A stretch of DNA of 64,000 nt from the human T2T-CHM13v2.0 reference genome, Homo sapiens, in NCBI RefSeq assembly GCF_009914755.1, contig NC_060943.1. The stretch is one strand, 5' to 3'. The notes under the pieces were generated by a model, which was not told the origin of the DNA, did no database searches, and was given only the letters and a program-made list of their open reading frames with translations. The translations under genes were made by a program, and so were the position numbers. Of this stretch, positions 1 through 16,041 are shown piece after piece; position 1 is the first letter of the stretch; each line of letters starts with the position of its first letter.

Positions 1-565
1 GCATTGCCTGCTGTTCTGACCCTTGGCCTCTGGGACGTGTTCTTCCTGTGCTACTCAGTGTCTGGTATGTGATAGGCGCTCAATATATTCTTGCTGCGTG
101 AGTGACTTGGTGACCCCGTAACCAGTCATGCATTCAGCATGGTGTGGCCGTGCCACGTGTTACGAGTCAGGGCAGAAGACAGGCCCAGTCCATGCTTCTG
201 TGGGGGTCACAGTCAAGTGAGGGAGACACACAGTAAAGAATTCTCAGCAAACCAGGCTTCTGAGGACTCAGATTAGGGAGGGTCCACAGGGTGTGCAGGA
301 GGGCAGGGCAGAGGCAGCTTCCTAGAAAGGACGTCACCAAGGAAATCCAGCAGTAAGCCAGGTGAGGAGCAGTGGGAGGAGTGCACCAGGGGTGGAAGGC
401 AGAGAGAACCAGCCTGGTATGTCTGAAGAACAGAAAAAAGCCAGACTTAGTTGAGGTAGAGGCAGGCTGGTCAGAGGTGAGGCTGGAGGAGGCAGGAGAG
501 ACTGCTGTGTGGGGCCTTATGGGCTGTGCTAGCAGGGAGCCCCAGAGGGCTTAAGAAGGGGCCTG

Positions 566-858
566 GGCTGGGCATGGGGGGCTCACGCCTGTCATCCCAG
601 CACTTCAGGAGCTCCAGGCGGGAAGATCACTTAAGCCCAGGAGTTTAAGACCAGCCTTGGCAACATGACGAGACCTTGTCTCTACAAAAAATACAAAAAT
701 CAGCCGGGCATGGTGGCATGTGCCTATAGTCCCAGCTACTCAGGAGGCTGAGGTGGAAGGATCACTTGAGTCCAGGAGGTCGAGGCTTTAGTGAGCTGTG
801 ATCACACCACTGCCCTCCAGCCTATGTGACAGAGTGAGACCCTGTCTCAAAAGAAAAA
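566..858 (+). mobile_element. Alu (AluJ-like)
   Basis: ggctgggcatgg...gctcacgcctgt...ctgtctcaaaa. Confidence 0.9.
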
Positions 859-3125
859 GGAGGGGCATGGTGGGTGTTTTTAACAGAATCCTGTGTGGAG
901 GTGACATGAATAGGGTGAGACTGAGACAGGGAGGCCAGGGAGGGGCCGTGAGCCAGGAGCCCGGAGGCTGTAGGCTTGGCGTAGCCTCATATTGGCTGAT
1001 AGCTGACACTTGACTTCATTGACTTCTTCATCAGATTCCTCTGAGTCCTCCCCTCCACCAGCAGGTTTGCCGATGCCACTGTTTCCCATAGCACCTCTGA
1101 GGTGACTGTTATTCCCCTTCCCTTCTCTCCTTGGATCTGAGTCCCTTCCCTCGTGCTCCCCCAGCCAGCGTGTCCTTGGCCTGCTTGGGACATCCTGCCC
1201 CTGCATGGGCTGTGGGAGGCGTGTGGGCTGTGAAGTCCGGTGACCTCTCCAGTGACTTCACCTCCACAGTCCCTTCAGGTCTCACAGTACCCAGATCCAG
1301 AAAACTCTACAGACCATCCCAAACCCCTCTGGTGGCTTAGCGCAATATCGGTGTCTGATCAGTCTTATAAAATCCAGAAAATTCTGATTCTAAAACACGT
1401 CTGGCCCAAGGGTTCCAGGAGGAGACTCTGGAGCCCGCAGCGGGCCTCGTTCCATGTTTGTGAAATGGCAGTAACCTGAGAGGCAGCACGGGAGCCCCCT
1501 GGGTGCCAGTCCCAGCTCTGCCCTTGGGCAAATCACCCAGCTTCTTTGCCTCAGTGTCCCCATTTGTATGGGGATTGAGGATTAAATTAGCCTCTACTTG
1601 GAAAGCAGCTGGAACAGTAGCTGGCTGTTGCAGGCGCTCATGAGGACATGGGAAAGTTGAGTGAGGTGGTCACTGCCTTGAACTTGACTGGTTCCTGCCT
1701 CCCCCGGCTGTAAGGGTTAGGCAGGTGGGGCTAGATGACCAGCGGGTAGGATCATCTGCCTGAGTGTGATTTCGGCTCCTCCACACTTGGGCTGTGTGGC
1801 CTTGGGCAAGTCCCTTGACCTCCCTGGACCACTTTCCCCATTTGTGAAGCCATTTTGCCAGATGAGGACTCTCTCAAAGTTTTTAGACTCTCTGGGAAGA
1901 CCAGAGAGCCAGGCCTGGGGCCCACGCCAGCAGGAGCACACCCTGCATCAAGTGTGGAGCTGATGCCGCTCCTGTTACATAGCCGCCACAGCACCTCCAG
2001 GGCTGAGCCCACGTCAGGCTCCTGGGCTGGAGCCACACAGGAGGCTGGGGTCTGCTGTTTCAGCTAAGAGGAGGTGGGAGATGTGGAGGGGCTTCCCTAA
2101 TTGCAAGAAGGTGGTTCAGAGGCTGGGTGCCAAAAGGAATTCGAGAGATCCGTCATGCTTGGCTATGTTTCGTACATTAAGTAGGAAGGTCCATGAAGGC
2201 AGGACCCATCTTTGTCTTGGCTCACCTGTGTCCCCAGCACCCTCCATGGTGCCTGGCCCTCCGCAGGGTCTCACACTGGATGAATTGGTGGTGGATGGAG
2301 GTACACAGTAGGCACTCAGAAGTTGTTCTCACCCCTTCCCTTCCTCTAGGCAGCTGGTACTGAGCGGTTGCCTCAAGGTGGGGGTGGAGGTTTGGAAGTG
2401 TCTGCTGACATCCGCACAGCTCATGTGACTTGCCCAGCGCCCATCTCACTTCGCAGCGGAAGCCTGGGTCGGGAGCCCTGCAGTCGGATGCTCCCCTCAG
2501 GGCTGGTTGGGTTCCAGCTGGGAATGTGTTCCCTGGTTAGGTGGGCGGGCTCCTCTAGCAAGCTGGCGCTTGGGACCCGCCGGGGTCGGACTCGTGTGCC
2601 ACCTTCACACCCACCCCTCCCTCTCTCCACGGTCTCCGAGGCTCTCACCAGCTGCTGTCAGCGATGTAGTGGAGAACTGCTCGCGTCCTGTGCAGTCTTC
2701 CCTTTTGCAAAGCAAAGCACTGTCACAGCTGAACTCGCTTGGTTCCCCAGGACAACAGGGAGGGAGGGTGGGAGAGTGGGGCTGCCAAAAGGTGAAAGCG
2801 AGCCGCAGGGAAGTGACTCTCTGCAGGGGTCATGCCTCCTGGTGGTGGTGATGGAGGTGATGGTACTCAAAGCTCCCATTTATGGAGCGCTTAACAGGGC
2901 TAAGCTCTTTACATGCATCGTTAATCTTGGAGGAGGAAACAGGCTCACAGAGGTGCCAAGGCCACACAGGTAGTAGAGGAGGAGCTGAGTTATAGCCCGG
3001 CAGCTTGAATGGTTCTGATCCTCTGTCCTGTTTCAGAAAGCCCCCAGGGCTCCACTGTAACTACAGGACAAAGTCCACACCCGTGGGCCTGGTGTGGGAG
3101 GCCTTTCCCACAGAACGCCCAGCCT

Positions 3126-3272
3126 CCTAGACACAGGCGCCTCTGCCTAGCACGCCCCTCGCTAGTCCCCTGCCCTTCCTGACCAATTCCCGTTACCCCT
3201 CCCACGCCTAGACGCAGGCGCCTTTGCCCAGCACACCCCTCGATAGTCCCCTGCCCTTCCTGACCAACTCCC
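3126..3272. repeat. Tandem duplication, 81-bp period (about 1.8 copies)
   Basis: cctagac(a/g)caggcgcct..tagtcccctgcccttcctgaccaa(t/c)tccc at 3126 and 3207. Confidence 0.9.
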
Positions 3273-5270
3273 CCTCCCGTGCTGCCTTCTGGGCAAGGCC
3301 TTCTCTAATCCCCGGACAAAGCTCTGCTCCGCTCGTCTGGGTTCCCATGGCGCCTCCTCGCTCTGTTGTTATTTGTTCGGGCCCATCTCCCCTCCCTGGA
3401 CCAGTGCTGCAGAGGGCTGCATCCTGTCCATCTGGCTCCTGGGAGGGGTGGAACCACTGAACGCCTCCAGGAACCTTAAGGACTCCGGGCAAAGTGGGGT
3501 TGCTTATGAGCACCCAGGCCGGGTGCCGCAAAGCCTTTGTAACCCAGGCACTGGGGCTCAGGACAGTCAGGGAGCATGGGGTGTGGGGAAGGAAGATTTC
3601 GTTCACTGAGTCCTTTTTTCCTGCATTCATTCCTTCATTCCTTGCCAACCAGCGCCTGTTTTGCCTCCACTTTGCTGTCCCTGCCATGCCAGGTGGAGGG
3701 GCCTCCCAATGGCTCTCCTGCTCCCTCTCCAACCCGCTCCCCACCTAGCAGCCACAGCATTCTTGAAAAAGCAGACTTTGCTATTCCTGTTTCACATCAC
3801 ACTTGTGACCTCCCTGCTGCCTTTCCCTCTGATCTAGTGTCCCTGCAACAGGTTAGGAAGCCCAGGTATAACCTGGCTCTTGCCACCATCGCCGGCCACG
3901 ACCGAGATCACCTTGCCATGCTCTTGCTGGGTTCAAGCCATCGTGGCTTCCTTTCAGTCCTAGAACACGCAGGCAGCTCCCCACATCCTGTCCTGGAAGA
4001 CCGGCCCCACCTACGCACACAGGTGGCTCTCACTAATCTTTCAGGTGCCAGCAAACCCTTCCTTCCTGGCCCTCCTAATGGGCTCCCCGTCAGGTGGCCA
4101 GCGATCTGCTTATCTGCGGGCCTGCTGATACTCTTGCCCTGGACTGGAAGCATCACTAGGCAGTGGTGGGTTGGGTTTGGTGCCACTGTATTCCCCAGTG
4201 CCCCAGACCACGTGGCACTGGGCCTGGCTCTGGGCAGGAGCGCAATATGGCAGGTGGAGAAGGAAGTGGCATGCAATGCTGGGTCTTAGTCCTTGCCATG
4301 AGCAGCTCAGACAGTCCCTACCCTAGCATAGTCCCTGGTCCAGAAAAGGAAGTGGGCAGAGAGGAGGAGGAGCTTTAGGGAGGGGAGTACAAAGCCTGCC
4401 TCTGGTATCCCCCCGCCAGCCTGGTGAGAATGGCAGCGCAGGACTGGCAAACAGGCCCGTCTTTGCTGTTGACTTGCTGGGGGTCATAGGCCAGGATGCT
4501 TGCCCTCTCTGTGGGGCAGGATGGTGCCCGGGGTCCTTTCCCACTGCGCGTCAGTGTTTCCCATCTCTCCATGTAGGACACCGCACCATTTAGGGAGTGA
4601 TTGGATCCCAGGACCTCCTCCCTGTCACGGGGTGGCAGGCAAGGTTCTGATAATTGATCTGCCGTGTACCTTTGTGGCAGGTGACCTAATTCCCCATTCC
4701 CTGTGACCCATGTGTCACAGGTGTCAGGGGCGACCGGCCACCCAGCCAAGCTTCCATGACTCCGTTCTCACTCTGTGTTCTGTAATCCCCTTCTGTCACG
4801 GGCTTGGGATCCTTGATTCCCGGCCCGGTTCTGCCTACTATGATCACAATGAACAGTCAGTGTTCCGTTTCCCTGGAGGGCTGCCTTCCTTGCTGTGCCT
4901 GGACCTGTGTTCCCTGCTGGACAAGTCCCAGGGGGTCAGGCCCGGGGCTTTCTCGGTCCCTGCTGTGTCTCCTGCACAGCTCCAGGCACAGAGCAGGTGT
5001 TCAGTAAATGTTGTTCCATTAAAATGGAGTTGGGGCTGTTGCTGGCAGAGCCCAGGGACAGCGCCCTCATGGAGCCTGGCTTAGAGTGCCCAAGTCTGAC
5101 AGTGGCCTGATCCTGTCTGGTCCTGGGGTGGAGCAGACACCAACAGGCGGGGCCATCTGACTGAATGTCCTCCCACCAGCTGTTAGGTCCAGGTGTTTGT
5201 GCTTACTGCCTTCCAGTGCAGTCAAAAGAATCCAGGGCTGGCACCAGCCCCTTCCTCATCTCAGGGGTAG

Positions 5271-5870
<600 letters not shown>

Positions 5871-5933
5871 CACCGGGTTGCTCAGGCTTCGTTGTGCTTT
5901 TGATTTGCATTTCCTTATGGCTAATGATGTTGA

Positions 5934-6245
<312 letters not shown>

Positions 6246-6332
6246 TGATGTTGAGCATCTTTTTATGTGCTTGCTGAACACTTGTGTATCTTCTTTGGAG
6301 AAATGTCTTTTTAGTTCTTTTGCCCATTTTTA

Positions 6333-6750
<418 letters not shown>

Positions 6751-7299
6751 TGAATTGTTTGTCCCTTCATTATTGAGTTGTGAGAGTTCTATATACGTGT
6801 ATCCCGGATGCAGGACTTCTCAGCTGAGCGATTTGCACCACCTGGGATGTTTTCAGCGTGTAATGCCAGTGCATTTCCTTCCCGTCTCTTCTCTCTGGCT
6901 AGATTCACAGCCACCGCTAGATAAAAATAAAGCTGTGAGGATACTGTAGATACAGTTGAATATCCTGCTTCTGCACTTCATTTTTCCGTTTTTTTAGAAA
7001 GCATGATTTAAAGTACATCACTGGGCTGTTGTAATTCATTCTAGCCATTTCCGCATTGCTGAGCGTTTAGGTCCTTTCCAGTTTTCAGTTGCATAGATAA
7101 TGCAGTGATGTTCGTCCTTGTCCATAAATCTTCATGCTCATCACACGGGTAGCCTTCTTAGAAAAAATTCTTAGAAGGTGATTTTACCAGGTCAAAGGGA
7201 AGGAACATTGGAAGTCTCAGATACTGGCTGTGCCCACATTGGACAGTGAGTGTTGAGGGCTAGGGTTCTGTCGTCATAGTCACCACTGTAGCTTTAGAT

Positions 7300-7639
7300 T
7301 TTTTTCTGAGAGAGGGTCTCTCTCTTTTTTTCTGCTTTTGAGGTTTAAACCATGGCCAGAGACAGGGTCTCGATCTGTCCCTCAAGCTGGAGTGCAGTGG
7401 CGTGATCTTGGCTGACTGCAAACTCCACCTCCTAGGCTCAAGCCATTCTCCTGCCTTAGCCTCCCGAGTAGCTGGGATTATAGGCGCGCACCACCACGCC
7501 CGGCTAATTTTCGTATTTTTAGTAGAGACGGGGTTTCACTGTTGGCCAGGCTGGTCTCAAACTCCTGATCTCAGGTGATCTGCCTGCCTCAGCATCCCAA
7601 AGTGCTGGAATTGCAGGCGTGAGTCACTGCACCTGACCA
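7300..7639 (-). mobile_element. Alu
   Basis: Antisense Alu consensus. Confidence 0.88.
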
Positions 7640-7736
7640 GATTTTTTTTTTAATGATTGAATGAATAGTATTTGCATGTGGGTGCCTTGATGTTAAGATG
7701 GTGTCTTGTTTTAGCGAGCGTTCTTTTGACTACTAG

Positions 7737-8433
<697 letters not shown>

Positions 8434-9104
8434 TAGCAAAGCCCCATCTCAGTGTGAACAGCTTGGGATGGAGAAACACAGGGCTGGGGCCCTCAGAGAG
8501 GGCAGAGGAGGCAGTGGCAGCCCAGGCCTTGGAGGCCCTGCAGTGTAGGAGAGAGGGTGCTTTAGTGGAGGCCCGGCCTGGGAAAAGGGTTAGCAGGTTA
8601 CAGAGGGTCCACTGTAACCACAACTCCAGCCCCATTTGCTGAGCACCAGGCTGAGTGACTCGGTGAACCTGCTGGTGCCCCACATTTTTGCAGATAAGAA
8701 ACTGCTACTTGGGGTCATTGGTCACTTGCTGAAGATGGCAGAAGCCAGGGCAGCCCTGCCTGGGTCCCTGGACACATCCAGCCCACCACAGCTATGGAGG
8801 CTCAGCAAGTCCCAGGAGCCTCAAGTTTCAGCAGGAGCCTGGACTCCCTCGTCTCCCACAGCCATGGCCACCACGTCATCAGCACCCTCTGTATGAGGGT
8901 CCTGTATGTCATGTGCTGTTTCCTTCCAGTAGCTTCCTGACTCTTCAGGAATACTGTTCTTTGCCCTGAGGATCTGTCGCCCACCTGCATCTGCAGCCTC
9001 AGCTCTGCTCCCCCTCTGCCCTGTTGGAGGGTCCTCAGAACCGACTCTTCCCTCTGTCTGGAAGGATGGCCTGGACTTTTGTGTGGCTCCTGTTGGCTTA
9101 TGGC

Positions 9105-9235
9105 CTCCTGTCCCCATCCAGTGTAAGCTTCTTGAGATGGGATGTCTGGCTTTTTTGTTCACCAGTGTAGCCTGGCACCTAGAATAGTGCCTGGCATAGA
9201 ATAGACAACAATAAATATTTGAAGGAATTAATGAA
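9105..9235 (+). mobile_element. L2 3' end fragment
   Basis: tgtaagctt..ttgttcacc..cctagaatagtgcctggcatag..aataaatatttg..aatgaat. Confidence 0.7.
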
Positions 9236-9240
9236 TTCCC

Positions 9241-9545
9241 TTTTTCTTTTTTTTTTTTTTGTTGAGACAGAGTCTTGCTCTGTCTCCCAGGTTGCAGTGC
9301 TGTGGCGTGGTCATGGCTCACTGCAGTCTAGATCTCCTGGGCCCAGGTGATCCTCCCGCCTCAGCCTTCTGAGTAGCTGGGACCACAGGCACGTACCACT
9401 ACACCTGGCTAATTTTTGGATTTTTTGTAGAGACGGGGTTTCCCTGTGTTGCCCAGGCTAGTCTTAAATTCCTGGGCTCAAGTGATCCTCCTGCCTTGGC
9501 CTCCGAGAGTGCTGGGATTACAGCCATGAGCCATTGCACCTGGCC
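9241..9545 (-). mobile_element. Alu (AluJ-like)
   Basis: Antisense Alu consensus. Confidence 0.9.
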
Positions 9546-10188
9546 ACATTTCTTACTTTTACTCATCTTTTAGGTCTCAGTCGAAATGTTCTTTTCTCTT
9601 ATGGGTCTTTTCTAACTATTCCTCCAAATCTGAATTTGTATCCCCTGTGTTTTCCCCTATAATATGCATTTTCTTCTTATAACTGGTAAATTTTTGGGTG
9701 ATTTGTTTGCCTTCCTCCCAGTCCTTGAGGGCAGGGACCAGCCCTGTTTTGTTCACGGCTGTCTGCCTAGCCCAGGTTGTTGCATAAAGAATGAATGAAT
9801 GAAAATATGTTCATTAGTTCCCAAACAGACCTCTGAGGGTTGGTGGCATTACCCTCTTGTTATGAAGGAGGAAGGTGAGGGTGGGCAGTAAGAAATTCCA
9901 AGCACCTGGTTTCCATCACTGGAGCCTTTGCTGGACCAGTAAACAGCTTACAGTTTCTAAAATTCCAATCTAAAGCACTCCCAAAGCTTCTGAATTCAGA
10001 TGGCCATCTGGTACCCATGACCAGAAGCCTGAGGCAGGTGGCCCGAAATAGCCTGCCTGGTTCTGGCAGGACTGAATGTCTACCGATGAGTGCTGGGCTT
10101 TCCTCAGAGGCCCCCTTTCCCGAGCCTGGCCCTGTCACCTACTGAGGACTTGGGTGGGTGGCAGTGCTAGGAAGCATTGAGCCACTAA

Positions 10189-10199
10189 ATGACTCAGCA
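10189..10199 (+). promoter_or_regulatory. ARE/NF-E2 (CNC-sMAF) motif
   Basis: ATGACTCAGCA, an exact RTGACTCAGCA match. Confidence 0.45.
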
Positions 10200-10382
10200 A
10201 ACCCTTGTCAAGCACCTCGGTGCCCCCAGCTCTGCTGAGTCCTCTGCCGGATTGTCTTGCCTGTATGCTCATTTGACCCTGACAGTGATCTTCAGTTCCC
10301 CAAGGCTCCAAGAGCTCTGTCTCCTCTGAGCCTTTGCACATGCTGTTCTGTCTGTTGCAACACTCTTCTCCCTCCCTTCTGC

Positions 10383-10704
10383 TTTTTAATTATTATTATT
10401 ATTATTATTATTATTTTTAATTGAGACAGAGTCTTACTCTGTCACCCAGGCTGGAGTGCAGTGGTGCAATCTCGGCTCACCACAACTTCTGCCTCCCGGG
10501 TTCAAGCAATTCTCCAGCCACAGCCTCCTGAGTAGCTGGGATTACAAGTGCGCACCACCACACCCAGCTAACTTTTGTATTTTTTTAGTAGAGACAAGGT
10601 TTTGCCTTGTTGGCCAGGCTGGTCTCGAATCCCGACCTCAGGTGATCCGCCTGCCTCGATCTCCCAAAGTACTGGGATTACAGGCATGGGCCACCTTGCC
10701 CAGC
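10383..10704 (-). mobile_element. Alu with (TTA)n microsatellite tail
   Basis: (tta)n at 10390-10414, then Alu body. Confidence 0.9.
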
Positions 10705-11086
10705 CCATTTATCTTCTTGGCATATGGAATATGTATGTAATGTACATGTAAGTTGTTGAAGTGTAATATGTTGAAGACCTGTGAGCCTCCCTCCTAATTT
10801 CAGAGTGAGAACATTGCCATTAACTCACCTCTGCCTGTGGGTGGGTGGAGGGAGCCCACTGTCCTGACTGTTGTCATTGTCATTCTGTGTTTTTTATTTT
10901 TTGCGGGGGGCGGGGGTGGATGGGTGAGGGACAGGTGTGTCAGGTTCAATAAAAAGGGAAAGGGTCATCAGGTGGCCTTTTTAAAAGTTTTATCAACCAT
11001 GTCTGCATGCTGAAAAGCATGGTGTTTCGTTCTGCCTGTTTTTGAGTTTCATAAACATGGTATTGTGAGGAAATTCCTGTGTCTTG

Positions 11087-11388
11087 GTTTTTCTTTTCTT
11101 TCTTTTTTTTTTTCTTTTGAGACAGTCTCGCTCTGTCGTCCAGGCTGGAGTGCAGTGGCATAATCTTGGCTCACTACAACCTCTGCATCCTGAATTCAGG
11201 CGATTCTCCTGCCTCAGCCTCCCAAATCCCAGCTGGGATTACAGGCTCCTGCCACCACACCTGGCTAACTTTTTTGTATTTTTAGTAGAGACAGGGTTTC
11301 ACCATGTCTGTCAGGCTGGTCTTGGAACTCCTGACCTCAAGTGATCCGCCCGCCTCTGCCTCCCAAAGTGTTGGGATTACAGGCATGG
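11087..11388 (-). mobile_element. Alu
   Basis: Antisense Alu consensus. Confidence 0.9.
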
Positions 11389-11720
11389 ATTCCTTCTGAT
11401 ACATTTCACCTGGAGTGCTGGGATGACAGGCGTGGGATTACCTTCTGATACATTTCACCTGGGGCGTGAGCAAGACTTTCGCTAGAGTCTGGAGCTAGGA
11501 ACAGAATGGCTGGTCATAGTTGATGAGTACATTTGGCTTCTCAAGGTAATGCCAATCTTTCTGAAGTGGCTCTCGCCACCTTTTACCTGACTGACTCCTG
11601 CTTGTTCTCCAAGAGTCTCCTTCCTGGCTGTCTTTCCTTCAGCACCTACTTAGGGGAGCAGCAGCTGTGTGCCTAGTGTAGTTATGTTCTGGGGGGCAAT
11701 GCGAACAAGACTCACAGTCC

Positions 11721-11737
11721 CTGCCCTCTAGTGGCCA
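11721..11737 (-). promoter_or_regulatory. CTCF motif
   Basis: TGGCCACTAGAGGGCAG on - strand matches the CCASYAGRKGGCR core. Confidence 0.65.
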
Positions 11738-11944
11738 GTGGTGTTAGATGGTCCCTCTTTCAGGACGCCCCCAACCCCAAGTCTGGGTTAGGGGTTTCCT
11801 TTGCCCCAGCTCTACCTACTCTGGCTTGTCACTGTCTAGGGATGGGTCTGCCTTCCCGACTGGACCAGGACTCCTGTGTGGACAGAGACCAGGATTAGGG
11901 TTGTCTTGGACGCTGTTTCCAGCATGACCCTGCCCGGGGCACAG

Positions 11945-11990
11945 AGCAGGTGCTGGGTGAAGCAGGTGCTGGGTGAAGCAGGTACTGTTG
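11945..11990. repeat. 16-bp tandem repeat (about 2.9 copies)
   Basis: agcaggtgctgggtga x2, then agcaggtactgttga. Confidence 0.85.
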
Positions 11991-13794
11991 AGCTTGAGGC
12001 AGTTGGGGTCAAGAGGAAGAAATGGATTCTAGTATCCAGGACTTTCTGGAGTAGGACCTGGACCCCAAGGCCATGTAAGCCCAAAGCCTCATACTTTCCC
12101 TAATGCCTGAGTGTTCAAGATTCCTTTACCTGTGCTGGGCTCTGTGGCAGAGGGAGGGGTCACAGCTCCTGCCCTCGACAGCTTAGAGAAGAGTCAGTGC
12201 CTAACTACACACCCCTTCCATAGTGTGCAGGGCTGGGGATGTGCGGCTGGCAGGGTCCTCACAGAGAAATGTGAAGCCCACCCGGCCCTCTGGGAGCTCA
12301 AGTGTTGGCATGTCTTTTCTGAAGAGGGTGAGGGCAGGAAGATGTGCATTACCCTTAGAAAAAAAGTAGAAAAGGCCAGCCTTCTCATGCAGTGCCAGAG
12401 CAGTTAGGGCTGTATGGGGGCCACTGTGGGCCTGTAGATTCGTAACAGGAATCATAATAGCTAGCGTTGGTGGAACACCCACTGGGTGCCACGCATGGCG
12501 TTGAGCCCTCCGTGCATCAGCTGGTTTTATCCCATCCATATCCCACGAGGTAGGTGGAATTGCTGCCCCATTTTACCAATGAAGGAGAGATCCAGCTCCT
12601 CACAGCTAGTCAGTGGCAAATCTGAACTTCACTCCTGGCAGCCAGAGCCCAGCCCCTGCCCTGCACGATGGTAGCAGAGCCTGTCTGCAGGCACCAGGCA
12701 TTCAGAGAGCTTTACCTCCTGTCCTCTTGACTCTTCATGGCAAAGCTGGAAATGGGGAGACTGAGGAACAGAGTTACTTGGCCCCAGTGCTGCCTCTGAT
12801 TTGAGGAGGCAGGGTCAGCCCTGGGCCATCGCTGCCTTTGTCCCTGAGTCTGCGTTCCCCTCCACTCCGTGAGCTCACTCAGAGAGTTCTCTCCGCCCCC
12901 TCACCACTCTTGGTGATTATTTATCCCCAGGTCTTCACTTCGGCACCATCAGGTGCCCAGCCCTGGGTAAATATTTGTCTCAGGGCAGACAGGAGTGGGT
13001 GTGGTCAGCGTTTCAGAGCCCGGGGGCAGGTGGAGGCAGCAGGTGGGGTGGTGACTGGGGGCCCCTGGCTGGAGCTGGTGGCTCTGCTTGCTCTTTGCTC
13101 ATCCAGCATCCACTCTCCCGGGGGCTGCTGAGGCATTGGCCTCTGCAATAACAGGGGCTTCCGTTTGCCACGCGCCAGCCCCACACTAGACGCTTTACAC
13201 AAGAGAGTTCAGTGGCTGCTTTTAGAAGTCTTTGTGTGTCAGTCTCAGTCTCATTGGCTCCATTTTGCAGATGAGGAGACTCAGCCATGAAGGGTCGAGA
13301 GCCATTGCCTGTGTCAACTGGGGTCTGTTGAGTTATCAGGGCCAGAATCCACCTGGGGCCACAGGAGGTGAATGAGGGTGTTCATTGGATGGAGGCCAGG
13401 CTTTGCCTGTTCCCAGGGGTCCTGAAAGCTGGCAGGAACCAGGTCTGCCACCTGCTCTCTGGAACACATGCACTCCTTGTTCCTCTTTCTCTCTTCAGAA
13501 CGTCTTCCACTAGGCTGGCCATGGGCCACACAAGCCCAGCCCTCCTGGTGTCTGGAACAGGACCACCCAGTCCAGCCCCCTGACCCGGGCAGCTCATGCA
13601 GGCTTAGCTAGGACCCCACATCCTCCCTGTCAAATGGGCGATAGAGGGCCAGCCCACGCTTGTTGGGGTGGAGGGCAGTTTTTAGAGGAGGCTCTGCAGA
13701 CACCCCAAATAGGCACCCCCAAATACAAGGTCTGACTGCAAAGGCCATGCCCTCACTAGGTTGCTGTTACATGTGTTTAGAAGGTGCATTCACA

Positions 13795-13935
13795 GGCTGG
13801 GCATAGTGGCTCACACCTATAATTCCAGCACTTTGGGAGGCCGAGGCAGGAGGATCACTTGAGGCCAGGAGTTCAAGACCACCCTGGGCAACAAGTGAGA
13901 CCCCCCCCCCCATCTCCACAAAATATAAAAAATTA
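13795..13935 (+). mobile_element. Alu left monomer/FLAM
   Basis: Single arm; flanking duplication gaaggtgcattcaca. Confidence 0.85.
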
Positions 13936-14639
13936 AATTTTCGGAAGGTGCATTCACATCACAAGGCAGAAAGTCACTAGTGTCCTCAGATGTGTACATC
14001 CCTTTGGGAAGCTCCTTCCAGCTGGGGGGCTTATGGAGGCAATAAAGGAACCCCCTAACTCCCCCTACACATCCCAGCAGAAAGCCCTGGGCTAGGGGAC
14101 AGTCTTGGGCCCTTGTGTTCTGAGAGTGTTATTAGTCTCCACCACAGGATTGGCTGTGTTTTCTTAGTGGTTCAGGCATGCATTCAGCGAGTATTGAGCT
14201 CAGTGCCCAGTCCTGTACTGGGGACACAGCAGTGGCAAGGCAAGCCCGGCCCTGCCTTCCAGGCTTATTGTCCAGAGAGAGGGAAGTGTGGGAAACAAGT
14301 TGGCCAACCAGCAGACAGCACCACTGCAGATTGAGAGAAGGGTCTGGAAGGAAATAAACCAAGGCTGGAACAGAGGAGACAGTGGCGAGGCTGGTGGGTA
14401 GGTACCTGGCTTGGGTCAGGATATTGAACGCCTTAAACTCTTGGGTGAGGCATGGGGTCCACCAACCAGATGAAGTGGGCTTTGAAGTCAGGCCTACCTG
14501 TGCTGTGTGTCCTTGGCACATGCTCCATCTCCCTGCGCCTCAGTTTCCTCCTTTGGAAAGGATGGGGGAGGGATAGCTGTACCCCAAACCGTGGCATGAA
14601 CAGAAAGGTCAAGGGTTTGGCTAAGAGTGAGGATTGTGG

Positions 14640-15127
<488 letters not shown>

Positions 15128-16041
15128 TCACATGGGGGGACTCGGGTGCTTAGCACACTGCTTGACTGGGGACCCAGGGATTAAGGCCTTGACTTCCGCT
15201 TTCATCCAAGCCTGCCATTGACCTTACATGCAGCTGCTGTGTGTGAGGCGCTGTGGCATGAGGGAAGGTGCGCCCAATCTGCCTTGTTCCTTCCGTCCCA
15301 AGAGACTTGGAAAGCCATGAGTGTGTTCTGACCGCATCTGTTTCTGTAACAGGATCTTCAGCTGCGGCAGGCAGTTGGGAAGGTCAGGACGAGGGGAAGG
15401 GAAGGCAGGCCTGTGGCACCTGCCATCTGCGCCCTTCACTGGAGTGGGCAGGCCTTGCCCACATCCCTGCCTGAGGCCTGGGGTCTGGAGGCCTGGCTCC
15501 TTGTTGGCTATGTAAGCCTAGCCCGCCCCCTGGAGCTGGCCATCCTGCAGCATGTGGCCACGGTACCCACTGGCTGAATGGTGGTGCCTCCCTGCCGGGA
15601 AGGGCAGAGAAGAGCCCCTCTCACCCAGGAAACTGCAGGACTCACGGCCTCTCAGCAGGCCTGAGGAGGGCACGGGGGTCTGAGAGGGAAGGACCGGCCA
15701 TCCCAGCCTCCCCTGAGCAGGCTAACTTTCCAGGACGCATTGCGGGCTCCCTTCCCTCCAGCCCGTGGTTCTCTGGGGAGAAGGGAAGGGTGGACGTTGT
15801 CTTCATTTCCCAGAGTGAGTCGGTGCATTCGTTCATTCATAGACTCACAGCGACAGACACCACAGTGACGTCCCTAGACTCAGGGAGCCCTTGGTCTAGG
15901 ACAGAAAACGAGCAAGTAGATCCTTAGAGATTGGGACGTGTCCAGTGAGGAGGCAGAGTGTTGTCTGGGTGTGGTGTGGGGGATGGGGATGGGGGTGCTG
16001 CTACAGAAAGGGGTCAGGAGAGGCTTCTCAGAGGAGGTGAC

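Noticed and set aside
3576-4289. 237-aa intronic ORF (and similar 100-200 aa ORFs in intron 1)
   Set aside because: No homology I recognise, and it overlaps degraded L2-like sequence; consistent with chance ORFs in GC-rich DNA.
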